This document shows, one piece after another, positions 28,797 to 41,598 of a DNA stretch of 64,000 nt. The notes under the pieces are model-generated. The model worked only from the letters and a program-made list of their open reading frames with translations, had not been told where the DNA came from and searched no databases. Position numbers and translations under genes: made by a program. Every line of letters begins with the position of its first letter. The stretch's first letter is position 1. Origin of the DNA: Octopus vulgaris (lineage: Eukaryota); assembly GCA_951406725.2 (NCBI GenBank), contig OX597833.1:50282001-50346000 (forward strand), in the 5' to 3' direction.

Positions 28797-29024
28797 TTTC
28801 TTTACTACCCACAAGGGGCTAAACACAGAGAGGACAAACAAGGACAGAAAACGGAATAAGTCGATTTTATCAACCCCAGTGCGTAACTGGTCCTTAATTT
28901 ATCGACCCCAAAAGATGAAAGGCAAAGTCGACCTCGGCGGAATTTGAACTCAGAATGTAGCGGCAGACGAAATACCGCTAAGCATTTCGCCCGCCGTGCT
29001 AACGATTCTGCCAGCTCGCCGCCT
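28797..29024 (-). mobile_element. SINE family B (Meta/MESC domain), full length with an 18-bp TSD
   Basis: TSD TAATTTTATATATACCTA at 28779-28796 and 29025-29042. Confidence 0.92.
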
Positions 29025-29047
29025 TAATTTTATATATACCTAGTACT

Positions 29048-29262
29048 TACTCTTACTCTTTTACTTTGTTTCAGTCATTTGACTGTGGCCATGCTGGAGC
29101 ACCGCCTTTTTTTTAATCGAGCAAATCGACTCCCAGGACTTATTCTTTGTGTAAGCCTAGTACTAATTCTATCGGTCTCTTTTGCTGAACCGCTAAGTTA
29201 CGGAGACGTAAACACACCAGCATAGGTTGTCAAGTGATGTTGGGGGGACAAACACAGACACA

Positions 29263-29311
<49 letters not shown>

Positions 29312-29718
29312 TCTCTCATTTACTCTTTTACATGTTTCAGTCATTTGACTGCGGCCATGCTGGAGCACCGCCTTTAGTCGAGCAACTCGACCCCGGGACT
29401 TATTCTTTGTAAGCCCAGTACTTATTCTATCGGTCTCTTTTGCCGAACCGCTAAGTGACGGGGACGTAAACACACCAGCATCGGTTGTCAAGCAATGCTA
29501 GGGGTACAAACACAGACACACAAACACATACACATACATACATATACATATATATACATATATACGACAGGCTTCTTTCAGTTTCCGTCTACCAAATCTA
29601 CTCACAAGGCTTTGGTCGGCCCAAGGCTATAGAAGACACTTGCCCAAAATGCCACGCAGTGGGCCCGAACCCGGAACCATGTGGTTCGTAAGCAAGCTAC
29701 TTACCACACAACCACTCC
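29048..29718 (-). mobile_element. SINE family A with a duplicated 3' module
   Basis: Full copy at 29320-29718 plus a second 3' module at 29048-29260. Confidence 0.88.
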
Positions 29719-31079
29719 TACTTCTAGTATTCTATGTAACTTTTCCTTTTCCCTTTTTTTAAACTGTTGGATGTGATGTATGAGAGATACGATAGCATCT
29801 TCACAGAGGCTACCACGCTGTTAAGTGTGAACGTGTAAACTGTACGGGCAGACGACACGTCTGTCGTCTGCTTGTTACGTTGATCGAATTGTGCAATGGG
29901 CGAGGGAGATAGATGGCAGTAAAGAGATGGTAGTCTCCAGCCTTAGATTAATCCTGAACAAGAAGACCTACTTATGATCAAAGATGTTCCAGTCGTGACC
30001 TTCTCCTTCAGTTTATTTATTGAATTGATTTCCATCGATTTCGGCGATGTGTATTGAGTCGTTCGTTCAACTGAACTACTTTAATTATCTTATCACCAAC
30101 TATAGAGTATAGGTCACTGAACATTCCACAGACACTTATACCCTTATCATAATTCTCAGGGAGAATCAGGGTGCTACACAATGTGTGACAAAGCTGGGGT
30201 TTTTTTCTTACAGGTACAGCTCATCCCAAGCAGATTGAGGTGATTAGGCGCAGCTGTTTTTAATTGCTTGACGATATGGTACGAAGATATGGCATTTTGT
30301 CTGTTTTGGAGATAGTGCTTTTTGGTATTGGAGACGAAGAAACCCACATACATACGCAAACATACACGCATACACACATGCCTGCACACACACACACACA
30401 CGTACATATGAACGCACGCGCAGGATTATACACGTTCAGAGGGTAGGAGAGAGAAAGTGAGAGAGAGAGAATTTACGATTTATTGATTGAACAAGATTGG
30501 CATAACACATTCCCTCTCTTCATACACATACACAGAGAAATATGTCCGCAAGCACGAACAGATAGAGTGGGGCGCAAGAAAGGGTAGAGAGGGAGAGAGA
30601 TGGACGGAGAAGCGAGTGAAACATTAAAACTTTTTATGTCAAATAAGTTAGCATTGAATCAGCGACATCATAACGGGCTTACACCCAATCTGAAGGGCTT
30701 TGCTTGTTGATGCTGTTGTGATGTTTACCTATAGATTTTTTTTGCGGGTTTTATTTTTGTAGTCCTCACCTGGCAGTTATTCAAGATGGACATTAACTGC
30801 ATCAATCACACAAGTGTCGGAACCCTTGAAAAAGCAAAGGGCACGAACCCCTCCATCAAAATGACAGAAGCAAGTATGTGAGCTTTTAATCTTTTACCCT
30901 TTTACTTGATTCTGTCATTGGACTGCGGCCATACTGCTTTGTAGAACAAATCAGCCCCGGTTTTTATCATTTCGTTTTTTGTTTTAAATTCCGGTACTTA
31001 TTCAAACAGAATCTTTGACCGAACCACTCGAGGTCGTAAACACAGCAACACCGGTTGTCAAGTGGTTGTAATAGAACAA

Positions 31080-31142
<63 letters not shown>

Positions 31143-31348
31143 CGCATACATATGCACACATATGTGTGCGTGCGTGTGTGTGAGGGGCTTCCATACAGTT
31201 TCCGCCCACCAAATTCACTCACGAGGCATTAGTCGCCTCTGGACAATTGTATTGTAGTAGACACGTCTTACAAAAATGCCGCGCAGTAGAGCTGAACTCG
31301 AAACCGAGTGATTGCAAAGGAGCTTCTCACCCACAGAGCCACGTTGAG

Positions 31349-31404
<56 letters not shown>

Positions 31405-31639
31405 ATAAACTTTGTCTGTTGCTTAAAGTCTTGTTGATTTTTATTATCCTTTCGTAGTCGACAGCTGTTGAAATCATTTAAATTTCCGGTTTTCTTGTTT
31501 AACATATTGATCTTTTTCGTTTAATCTGTCTAAACAAGTTATCGGAAGCTGTATTACCTGTTGCTAATTAATAAAATATCGCTATTTTTATTTTATTTGT
31601 CGTTTACAATATTCTTTTACCGGTCGTTACCGAACTATT

Positions 31640-32041
31640 ATTATTTTCTACTCAAGACACAAGGTCCGAAATTTTGGGGGAGGGGCACCAGTTGATTACA
31701 TCGACCCCAGTACGTAACTGGTACTTAATTTATCGACCCCGAAAGGATGAAAAGCAAAGTCAACCACGGCGGAATTTGAACTCAGAACGTCAAGACAGAC
31801 GAAATACCTATTTCGTTACTACCCACAAGGGGCTAAACACAGAGGGGACAAACAAGGACAGACAAACGGATTAAGTCGATTACATCGACCCCAGTGCGTA
31901 ACTGGTACTTAATTTATCGACCCCGAAAGGATGAAAGGCAAAGTTGACCTCGGCGGAATTTGAACTCACAACGTAACGGCAGACGAAATACCGCTAAGCA
32001 TTTTGCCCGGCGTGCTAACGTTTCTGCCAGCTCGCCGCCTT
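31640..32041 (-). mobile_element. SINE family B dimer
   Basis: Full copy (31810-32041) joined at GAAATA/GGTATTTCGTCTG to a headless copy that has the alternative tail. Confidence 0.88.
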
Positions 32042-32608
32042 AATTTTAGCACATTGTAGAGTATGTGTTAGAGGGTAGATAAGGCCAGTTTGAATAAGAA
32101 ACAGGTAGGATGTTGGTTCTGATATGGTCGATTTAAATGCTGAAGCAGTGGTTTTCAGTATTTGCAGTCTCCATTTTCTTTCTATTTACATGTATATATG
32201 TATATAAATACAGTGTACATTTAAACACTTCATTTCATAGGATGCCTTTCACACCAGAAGGAACAGCTAAAGTCCAAACCACTATTAGGGATAAAAATCG
32301 AAGGGAATGAAAAATAAAAACATTTACCATCTATTTCCTGGACCATGGTTTCTGACTTTTTTAGCAAATAAAATAATTTGCTCGGTGAAGTTTTCATCAA
32401 CAGATACGCCTTGATTAAACATATAAGTACGAGGCAAATCCAGCATGTGCCTCTAGCTTAAATATTATAGCTTTTCAAATCCACCGCGCCAGCGCAGTTT
32501 TACGTCGGCAGCAAAAATAATACCGGCATTTCTTCGAACAATTCTCCAGAAAAAAATATGTGTATATATATGTATATATTTTGTATATCTAACCTGAGCG
32601 GTTTTAAT

Positions 32609-32639
<31 letters not shown>

Positions 32640-33550
32640 TTGTGAGTGTTACAGTTTTGTCTTCCGCCACCACTTGAAAGCTGGTGTTGGTTTGTTTACG
32701 TCCCTGTAATTTAGCGGTTCGGTCTAAAGGGTCCGAAAGAATAAGTACCAGGCTTCAAAGAAAGAAACAAAAATAAAATGATTTCAAATAAAATGAAATA
32801 AAATTAAAATAAAGTATAGAATCGATTCATTCGACTAAAAATTCTTCAAGGTGATGCCCCAGCATGACCGCAGTCCAGCGACTGAAACAAAAAAAAAAGA
32901 TAGAAAATAAAAGATAAAAAAGTTTAAAAAAACACCAGCTCCAGGTTGGACGGACAATTGCTAAATTCCCATGGCGGTTAAAATCTAGATTTTATTTTGT
33001 GGACGCACAAAATTGGAGGCGAGATTGAGTGATAGTAAGAGGATGGGGCAGTAAAGAGGTGGAGGCCTTTGAAAGCAAAGTGAATGGCGTCGAGGAAGGA
33101 GAAATTTATGTAGCTGTGTTCAGAAGATAATGGACGGGCGGGATAGGGTGACCTGTCAGCATCCTTTAACCATGTGATAGCCATTTTATAAGGCTATCTC
33201 ATGAATCTATCTAAGCTTCACTAATGTTCGGATTCAGACAGACACACATACATATACAAACACTCATACTGACACACAAGCACATACACATAAAGACACA
33301 CAAACTTAGATACCCATACACACACGCTCTCTTTTCGTCTCTTTCTCCCCTTTCTTTCCCCTCTCTCTTTTCTCTCTATCTTTCTCCCCTCTTACCCGCT
33401 GTCTTCCTCTCACCTTTGTTATACACCCCTCTTTTAATCACACTTTCTTACAAAACTCCCCATTTCAAGCTTTCGCGTCCTGTACGTTGAAGTACCTAAA
33501 ATCTTTTAATAAAGATGTCTATACACACACATATACAATCATATATCACG

Positions 33551-33585
<35 letters not shown>

Positions 33586-33671
33586 CTCCTTTACCGCTAA
33601 TGAAAGAAAGGGACTATATTACCAATTTTGAGTTGAAATTCGACAACTTCTATGGCTGACCTCAAAAGAAA

Positions 33672-34862
33672 CTTGTTGTTGTTGGCATCATTTTTGTCTC
33701 GGGAGACAATGGAGTTGCGCATAAAATAATCTAGTCCGGCTTTTACATTTCATGTCCTGATACATTTCCTGCTGTAGCTGTGTAGTCCTATCCCGGACAA
33801 ACACGCCCTCTGGCAGGTGCTGCAAATGTAGCGAAGACTGTTCCTAGCAGGTTGAAATGTCATAGTTTCTTGTTGACGTCTTTTCTTGCCTTTCCATTTC
33901 TCTTCTCTCTCTCTCTCTGTTACTCCTTTGTATTCCCTCTTTTACGGTACGTCGCCAATCTCCACGGTTGCTGGCAACTGCTTCCCAATTGCTAATATTG
34001 ATGTTGCAGGCCTTCATGTCCCTTTTGCAAACATCCTTTTAACGTAGGAACGGTTTTCCCACAGACCTAGTACCTCTAGCAAGCTCTCCGTAGAGTATGT
34101 CCTTGGGGATTCTTCCATCTTTAATACGGTTAACATGTCCAAGCCATCTTATACGTCTTTGTGTGAGGAGTTCAAACATGCTTGGTATTCCTGCTTGCTT
34201 GAGGACATCTTTGTTGGTGACATGATTCTGCCATTTGATGCGAAGGATTTTCCGGAGGCAGCGCAGGTGAAAGATGTTTAGGCGACGCTCTTGGCGTGTG
34301 TATGGCGTCCAAGTCTCACTTCCATACAGTAGAGTGCTAAGTACACATGCCTGGTAGATCTTCATTTTCGTGGTCTTGGTCAGCTTATTGTTGTCCCATG
34401 CCCGTTTGGAGAGTTGGGCCACCGCAGCAGCTGCCTTGCCAATGCGTATATTGAGCTCAGCATCAAGGGATAGGTTGTAGGTGACGGTAGAGCCAAGATA
34501 GGTAAACTTCTCCACCCCCTGTAATCTGTGGTCTCCAATATGTATGTTTGGGATGTCCGATGTAGCCTGACCCATGATGTTGGTCTTCTTGAGGCTGATA
34601 ACTAAGCCAAAGTCGTTACATGCTTGCTCAAAACAGTTGATGAGCCTTTGGGGGGCTTCTTCTGTGTGTGATACCAGAGCGGTATCATCAGCAAATAGCA
34701 TCTCTTTGATCAGGACGCTTCTGATTTTGGTCTTGGCACGCAGGCGCCAGAGATTGAACAGTTTCCCGTCACTTCTACTGTGCAGAAACACTCCATCGTC
34801 TGATGTCTGAAAGACATGTGAGAGCAAGAGCGAGAAGAAGATGCCAAATAATGTAGGAGCAA
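33672..34862 (-). mobile_element. RTE/BovB-clade LINE, 5'-truncated (RT C-terminal half plus 3' UTR)
   Basis: APTLFGIFFS...SDGKLFNL.RLRAKTK...LFADD...FTYLGS...RIGKA...LLYGSETW...RWLGHV.RI.DGRIPKDILYGEL. One nonsense codon at 34039, then KDVCKRDMK...C..C.R.C.SRIGL.S; (CAA)n tail. Confidence 0.93.
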
Positions 34863-35145
34863 CTACCTACAACCAAAAGACCTTAAACTAAGACCCATTA
34901 TAGCTGGTCCAACCTGTCCTACACATCGTCTGAACAACCTCCTTGATTATCCTAAAACCAGTTTCATTCAGGATGACATCGATTTTCTGTCACATCTGCC
35001 CAAAACAACAGAATCCTATTCATCGATAGTTAGTTTTGATGTAACAAACTAATAGACGAACATTCCACATGATTTGGGACTTACTGGCTTAAAATATTGG
35101 GTCGAGAAACATAGGGAAGGGATCTCCAGTAGATTAACTGTAAAG
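34863..35145 (+). mobile_element. Penelope-like element reverse-transcriptase fragment
   Basis: DLKLRPIIAGPTCPTHRLNNLLD...FIQDDIDFLSHLP...IVSFDVTN..TNIPHDLGL..LKYW, with stops and a frameshift. Confidence 0.8.
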
Positions 35146-35353
35146 TTAACATTTTCGTTAACGATTTAATTTTTAAATTAATTTTGAAAATCAGTATCGG
35201 ACTAATTAACTTCCGTTACATTTAGCTTCCGTTAATCCAAGTCCGTTAACCTCAAAATTTCATACAGACCGGTATATATATATATATATACACGAGTGCT
35301 TCTGTCATTTTCCGTTTGCCAAGATGGCGGTTCGGCAAAAGTTTACGACAGTA

Positions 35354-36166
35354 GGCATTCTTTCGATATAACTCGACAAAATCAGAACATTTCATTTCGG
35401 GTATTTCCTTGGGTTGTGGAGTATAGATATAACGAAATTATGTCAGCAATGTCTTATTTTAAACTTGAAGAATAAAAGGTTTGCATATTTGTTCTTACCC
35501 GTTTCTTGTGTAAAATCCGCAAATTTCCAAGCAGAAAACAGAATCGAATTGTCATTTGCTTCCTCGAAAATACCCGAAGTGAAATGTTCTGATTTTGTCG
35601 AGTTATATCGAAAGAATGCCCGATGGCATCTTTCGATATAACTCGACAAGGTTGAGACATTTCCCTTCAGCTATTTCAGTGGATTTTGGAGTATAGATAT
35701 TACGCCAGCAATGTCTCATTTTAAAATTGAAGAATTAAAACCTTGCATATTTATTTTTACATGTTTCTTGTGTCTATGTAAATTCCGCAAATTTCCAAGC
35801 AGAAAACAGAATCGAATTGTCATTTGCTTCCACGAAAATACCCGAAGTGAAGTGTTTTAATTTTGTCGAGTTATACCGAAAGATGTCTTCGGCTAATCTT
35901 TCGTTATAACTCGCCAATGTCGAGACATTTCACTTCGGCTAATTCCTTGGATTCTGGAGTATATAGATATTACGAAATTATGCCAGCAATGTCTTATTTT
36001 AAACTTGAAGAATAAAAGACTTGCATATTTCTATGTACCTGTTCCATGTGTTTATGTAAAATCCGCAAATGTCCAAGCAGAAAACAGAATCGCACTGTCA
36101 TTTGCTTCCACGGAAATACCCGAAGTGAAGTGTTTTGATTTTGTCGAGTTATATCGAAAGAAAGCC
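35354..36166. mobile_element. Trimeric array of a ~265-bp TIR-bounded MITE-like unit (MULE/Merlin-like), inserted into a family A SINE
   Basis: Units at ~35354-35620, 35625-35886 and 35891-36166, each with ~50-bp TIRs. Flanks ACGACAGTA (35345-35353) and ACGACAGAA (36167-36175). SINE sequence resumes on both sides. Confidence 0.85.
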
Positions 36167-36314
36167 ACGACAGAATAAATACATAGCTTAAAAGGGAGAA
36201 AAAAAAAAGGTATTGGGGTCGATTCCTTCGACTAACATTCAAGGCGGTACTCCAGCATGGCCACAGTCTAATAACTGAAACGATGAAAAAAAGCAAAATG
36301 AAACAATGAAAAAA

Positions 36315-36476
36315 GGCGCAGGAGTGGCTGTGTGGTAAGTAGCTTGTTTACCAACCACATGGTTCCGGGTTCAGTCCCACTGCATGGCACCTTGGGCAAG
36401 TGTCTTTTACTAAAACCTCAGGCTGACCAAAATCTTGTTAGTGGATTTGGTAAACGGAAACTGAAAGAAGCCCGTC

Positions 36477-36538
<62 letters not shown>

Positions 36539-36773
36539 ATGTGTGTGTGTGTATGTATGTTTGTGTGTCTGTGTTTGTTCCCCCTAGCATTGCTTGACAA
36601 CCGATGCTGGTGTGTTTATGTCCCCGTCACTTAGCGGTTCGGCAAAATAAGACCGATAGAATTAGTACTAGGCTTACAAAACAATAAGTCCCGGGGTCGA
36701 GTTGCTCGATTAAAGGCGGAGCTCCAGCATGGCCACAGTCAAATGACAGAAACAATGTAAAAAAAAAGCAAAA
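36315..36773 (+). mobile_element. SINE family A, full length
   Basis: Complete match. Confidence 0.9.
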
Positions 36774-37329
36774 GATACACACACACACACACACACGCAC
36801 ACACACACACAGAGTAAAAGATAGAAGATATATGCATGCGTGTGTATGTGTTTGCTCGCATGTGTGTGTGTGTGTGTATGAGAGTTTGTGAGAATGAGAC
36901 ACCCCATGGCACCCGTCTCTTCTTCCCCCGCTGCTGGACCAACACCTCTCCAGCAATGACAGACACGCCTTGTTTACCTTACCATTAACAACTTAGAATA
37001 TATATGTAAGTTATTTTCCCATTTCTCTCTCTCTCTCTCTCTCTTGACATTACACTACTCCCCCCTCTCTCTCTCTCTCTGTTGCTCTCATACTGCCATC
37101 TCCTCATTTGACCTTTGACCGCAACAACCTCCATGACCTCTCTCACGTGAAGTACTGTTATTTTTGCTTGATGGTAAATTAGTGTTCCCTCGTTTTTAAT
37201 ATCATCAGTGTGTATATACCCCTGTGCTTGTAAGTGATGTGTGTGTTTATGTGAGTGTGTGTATGCGTGTGTATGCATGTGCGTGTGTGTACGCATGCGC
37301 ATGATTTCTGCTTCATTGTCTGAAGCTGC

Positions 37330-37389
<60 letters not shown>

Positions 37390-37391
<2 letters not shown>

Positions 37392-37783
37392 TTTTACTCT
37401 TTTACTTGTTTCAGTCATTTGACAGCGGCCATTTGACAGGACTTATTGTTTGTAAGCCTAGTTAGTACTTATTCTATCGGTCTCTTTTGCCGCACCGCTA
37501 TATTACGGGGATGTAAACACACCAGCATCGGTTGTCAAGCGATGTTGGAGGACAAACACAGACACACAAACATATATACATACATACATACATATATATA
37601 TACATATATATATATATATACACATATATACGACGGTCTTCTTTCCGTTTCCATCTACTCACAAGGCTTTGGTCGGACCGAGGCTTATAGTAGAAGACAC
37701 CTACGCAAAGTGCCACGCAGTGGGAATGAATCCGGAACCATGTTGTTGATAAGCAAGCTACTTACCACACAGCCACTCCTGCG
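37390..37783 (-). mobile_element. SINE family A, full length
   Basis: Complete match on the minus strand. Confidence 0.88.
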
Positions 37784-38085
37784 AGCTGGCAGAAACGTTA
37801 GCACGCCGGGCGAAATGCGTAGCCGTATTTCGTCTGCCGTTACTTTCTGAGTTCAAGTTCCGACGAGGTCGACTTTGCCTTTCATCCTTTCGGGGTCGAT
37901 TAAATAAGTACCAGTTACCTACTGGGGTTAATCTAATAGATCAGCCACCTCCTCCAAAATTTCGGGCCTTGTGCCTAGACTAGAAAAGAATCGTTACACA
38001 CTGGGGTCGATATAATCGACTTAATCCGATTGTCTGTCCTTGTTTGTCCCCTCCGTGTTTAGCCCCTTGTAGGTAGTAAAGAAAT
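37781..38085 (+). mobile_element. SINE family B carrying both tail types in series
   Basis: Head and core, then the CCTTGTGCCTAGACTAGAAAAG tail, then a second 3' part ending GTAGTAAAGAAATA. Confidence 0.85.
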
Positions 38086-38358
38086 ATGTATATATATATA
38101 TGCTGTATATGTTTCTGTGTGTGTGTGTATGTGTGTGTATGCGGCTGTGTATGTCAACGAATGCAGACATATATGAATGTGCATATGTTAGTTTGTATGT
38201 AGCTGTATGTGTGCACATATTTACATGTGTGTTTATGTGAGTGTGCGTGTGTCTGTAACTGCATGTGTACGTTTATGTGCATGTATAGCCATCACTCTGT
38301 GAGTGAACGCCTGTGATGTGTATGTGTATGTGTGTGTGTATGTGTATGTGTGTGTGTG

Positions 38359-38446
38359 TGCGCGCTCTCGTAATTCTGAGCTTTGTGTTTATAAGTACAT
38401 GTGTCTGTGTGTCCGAAACTACTCGTGAATATCTATGAGCGTGTGT

Positions 38447-38534
<88 letters not shown>

Positions 38535-38617
38535 TCTCGTAATTCTGAGCTTTGTGTTTATAAGTACATGTGTCTGTGTGTCCGAAACTGCTTGTGAATA
38601 TCTATGAGCGTGTGTAC
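38359..38617. repeat. Direct duplication of ~90 bp separated by (GT)n
   Basis: GCGCGCTCTCGTAATTCTGAGC...CTATGAGCGTGTGTAC occurs twice, nearly identical. Confidence 0.9.
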
Positions 38618-39313
38618 TTGTGTATGTGTATGTATGTGTGTGTATGTGTGCATGCGTGTGTGTGTGTATGTGTGTGTGTTTGTGCGTGTGAACCTGAGAT
38701 GCGTGTATACGTGTTTGTGTATGTTTCTGAGTATGTGTGTGAATTTTGTTTTCCGTCGTGGTTATATCCAGATCAATCAACCCTGTTGAGGATGATCTAC
38801 AATCAAAAGTATTCCAGCCGTGACCATTCCAATTATTTCTTTAATTGTGCAGGGAACCAAGTTCCACAGTATGCAACTGGTCGCAGTTTTCGCGGGCAGG
38901 AATTGATTGGAAGGATATTTTGCTGCTATATCTAGCAGATTGATCGACCACGTAGAGGTTCCTTCATTAGCTTTTGCGTGTAACTGTGTGCCTGCGTGAC
39001 GCATATGTGTATATGTGTGTATGCGCGTGTGTGTGTGTGCGTGCGGATGAGCGCATGTGTCGGCATGGTTGTGAGTGTGTTCGTTTTTCAGCCACTTGGT
39101 TTTGCAGGTTCAGTCTTATTGTGCGGCACCCTGGATAAATGTCTTTTAATGGGTGCAGGCGTAGCTGTGTCGTAAAATGTTTGTTTTCCAGCCACATGGT
39201 TCTAGTTTCAGTACCATTGCGTGGCACCTTGGACTAGTGTTTTCTATTATAGCCCCTGGCAAACTACAGATTTGATACTAGGTTTATTAGACGGAAACTA
39301 AAGGAAGCTCGTC

Positions 39314-39353
<40 letters not shown>

Positions 39354-39358
<5 letters not shown>

Positions 39359-40110
39359 ATAAGTATTCGGACTGTCGCTATATTAAGGTTGGTAAAGGAC
39401 GCCTGGCAAAGATTGACCGTGGACTCTGCTGTACATGTGCACTAAGTTTTAACATTATAGCTCACTTCCGCTGTTTACAGCAGTGCTTAGAAGGAAGGTG
39501 TGTAGCATGGGATCGTCGCATTCAACATGACAAATAAAGTTGAGCAGAGAATTTGCATCAAATTTTTCCAAAAGCTTCACAATACCTGCTCAGCGGTCTA
39601 CGCAATGTTTTCAAAAAGTTTTCATCATTCTCGACACAAGGAGATTTCGTGCAACTAAAATCTGAGTGTCCTTTTGGTCAGCTGCAAGCAGTTTGGCACA
39701 AACTTGTCAGACACGCGTCTCATACCCAAGTCTTCAGTGATAATGGACTGAACTGAAGTGTAACTAATCTGCACATCCTCTGATAACGCACAGATGGTGA
39801 TTCAACGATTTCTTCTCACAGCTGCACATCTGCGATGTTTTTCTCAGTTCTGCTAGTTGCATGTCTCTTAGACCATTCGTCAAAATCAACATTTCTTCGA
39901 CCATCGTGGAAACGTCTGAACGACTCGTACACTTGTGTGCGGCTCATACACTCCTCTCCATACCCTTTCTGCAACTTTGCGTAGGCCTTTGAGAAAGTAT
40001 CGCTGTGACAACTTCCTCTTTCATGGTCAATGCGACGATCACATGTTGCACACCTTCCTTCTAAGCACTGTTATAAACAGCGGAAGTAAGCTAGAACTTT
40101 AAAACTTCTT
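39354..40110. mobile_element. Mariner-derived element built from two inward-facing 5' ends
   Basis: Plus strand: TIR/UTR and MTNKVEQRICIKFFQKL. Minus strand: the same UTR (CTTCCGCTGTTT...AGAAGGAAGGTGTG...GATCGTCGCATT) plus HTH region YGEECMSRTQVYE.FRRF.DGR...EDLGMRRV..KFVP. Confidence 0.8.
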
Positions 40111-41151
40111 TTACGTACCTCGGCAGTGCATATACCGTACGCGCAGGTTTATTAGAGGCATCCCAAATTCATTAACACATCTTCTGGAAAACAGGGTTAA
40201 AAAAAAAAGATTTTAGTATATTTACTGTTAGCATATGAGATTAGGTTGTTAGCTGGCAGAGTCAGTTGCACGCCTAACAACGTGATTTGCGGTATTTGTC
40301 AGTCTTCATGTTCTGGGTTCAAATACCGCCGACGATGTTTTTTTTCTTTTTTTTTTTTCCCCTCCATTTATCCTTTCGGGGTCGATAAAATAATTACCAA
40401 TTCAACACTGGTAATCGACTTATCCCCTCTCCTGAAATTTCTGACTGTGCCAAAATTTGATTATGAAAAGCTCTACTTCAGTTATAGGACCCAGAATGAT
40501 TTTTAACCTTTTTTCTCTTCGTTTTGTAAAGAAAATAAAAGTGTTTTATATGACATCAAGTGCAGTATAATTCTTTGCATTAAAGTGCAAAATGTCGGGG
40601 CCTGTATTTGTATTAAATAATTTTAATACTTGCTAATTGTATGAAGATTTAAACCCGAAAAATAAACGAATACTTACTTAATCAGGGTCGAAGAAGGTTG
40701 AAAATTACGGCTCTAGAACAATAGATATGTGGGTCGAGCGTAGGTGTAGTAGGACCGACTGCATGTGAACCATAGGTATGCTTCATAATGGCTGACTTAG
40801 AAGCTACACATCAGATAGTTCACGCACAGATAAAAACATTCATACATACATAATACACACTCACCAAGAGAAGCACACGTACACAAATACAAACTTTCTC
40901 TCCCCCTCTCTCGCTCCCACGATCTCGCTCCTCCTGTGCCTCCCACGCTCTCGATCCCCCTCTCCCGCTCCTATTCGCTCTTTTCGTTTATTCATATACG
41001 CACTTTTGACAATTCACAAATTACCTTCTCTCCCCCCTCTCTCTCTGCATGTGTCTTTCTATTTCTCTCTTCTTCCTGTTGTTTCTATTCTTTATTTTTT
41101 CTCCGGTTTCATTCTATTCCTCTCTTCTGTCTAATTCTACCCAATTTGTAT

Positions 41152-41384
41152 GTTTCTTTACTACCCACAAGGGACTAAACACAGAGGTGACAAACAAGGA
41201 CAGACAAACGAATTAAGTCGATTACTTCGACCCCAGTGCGTAACTGGTACTTAATTTTATCGACCCCGAATGGTTGAAAGGCAAAATCGACCTCGTCGGA
41301 ATTTGAACTCAGAACGTAACGGCAGACGAAATACGGCTACGCATTTCGCCCGGCGTGCTAACGGTTCTGCCAGCTCGCCGTCCT
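41152..41384 (-). mobile_element. SINE family B, full length with an 18-bp TSD
   Basis: TSD ATTCTACCCAATTTGTAT at 41134-41151 and 41385-41402. Confidence 0.92.
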
Positions 41385-41598
41385 ATTCTACCCAATTTGT
41401 ATATCATTATACTTTAAAAAACAGCACAGATAATTGTTGTTAGTGTTGTCAAAAATTTATAGAGTTCAATCAGCACATTGATCTGGATAAGTTCATATTT
41501 TATGGGGAAGAGAGAAAGTCAAGGGTCTGGAACAACCACTTCTGACGGAGGAAAAGACAAAAAGAAGTTTTTTTCTTCCATTCATTCCCATTTACATA

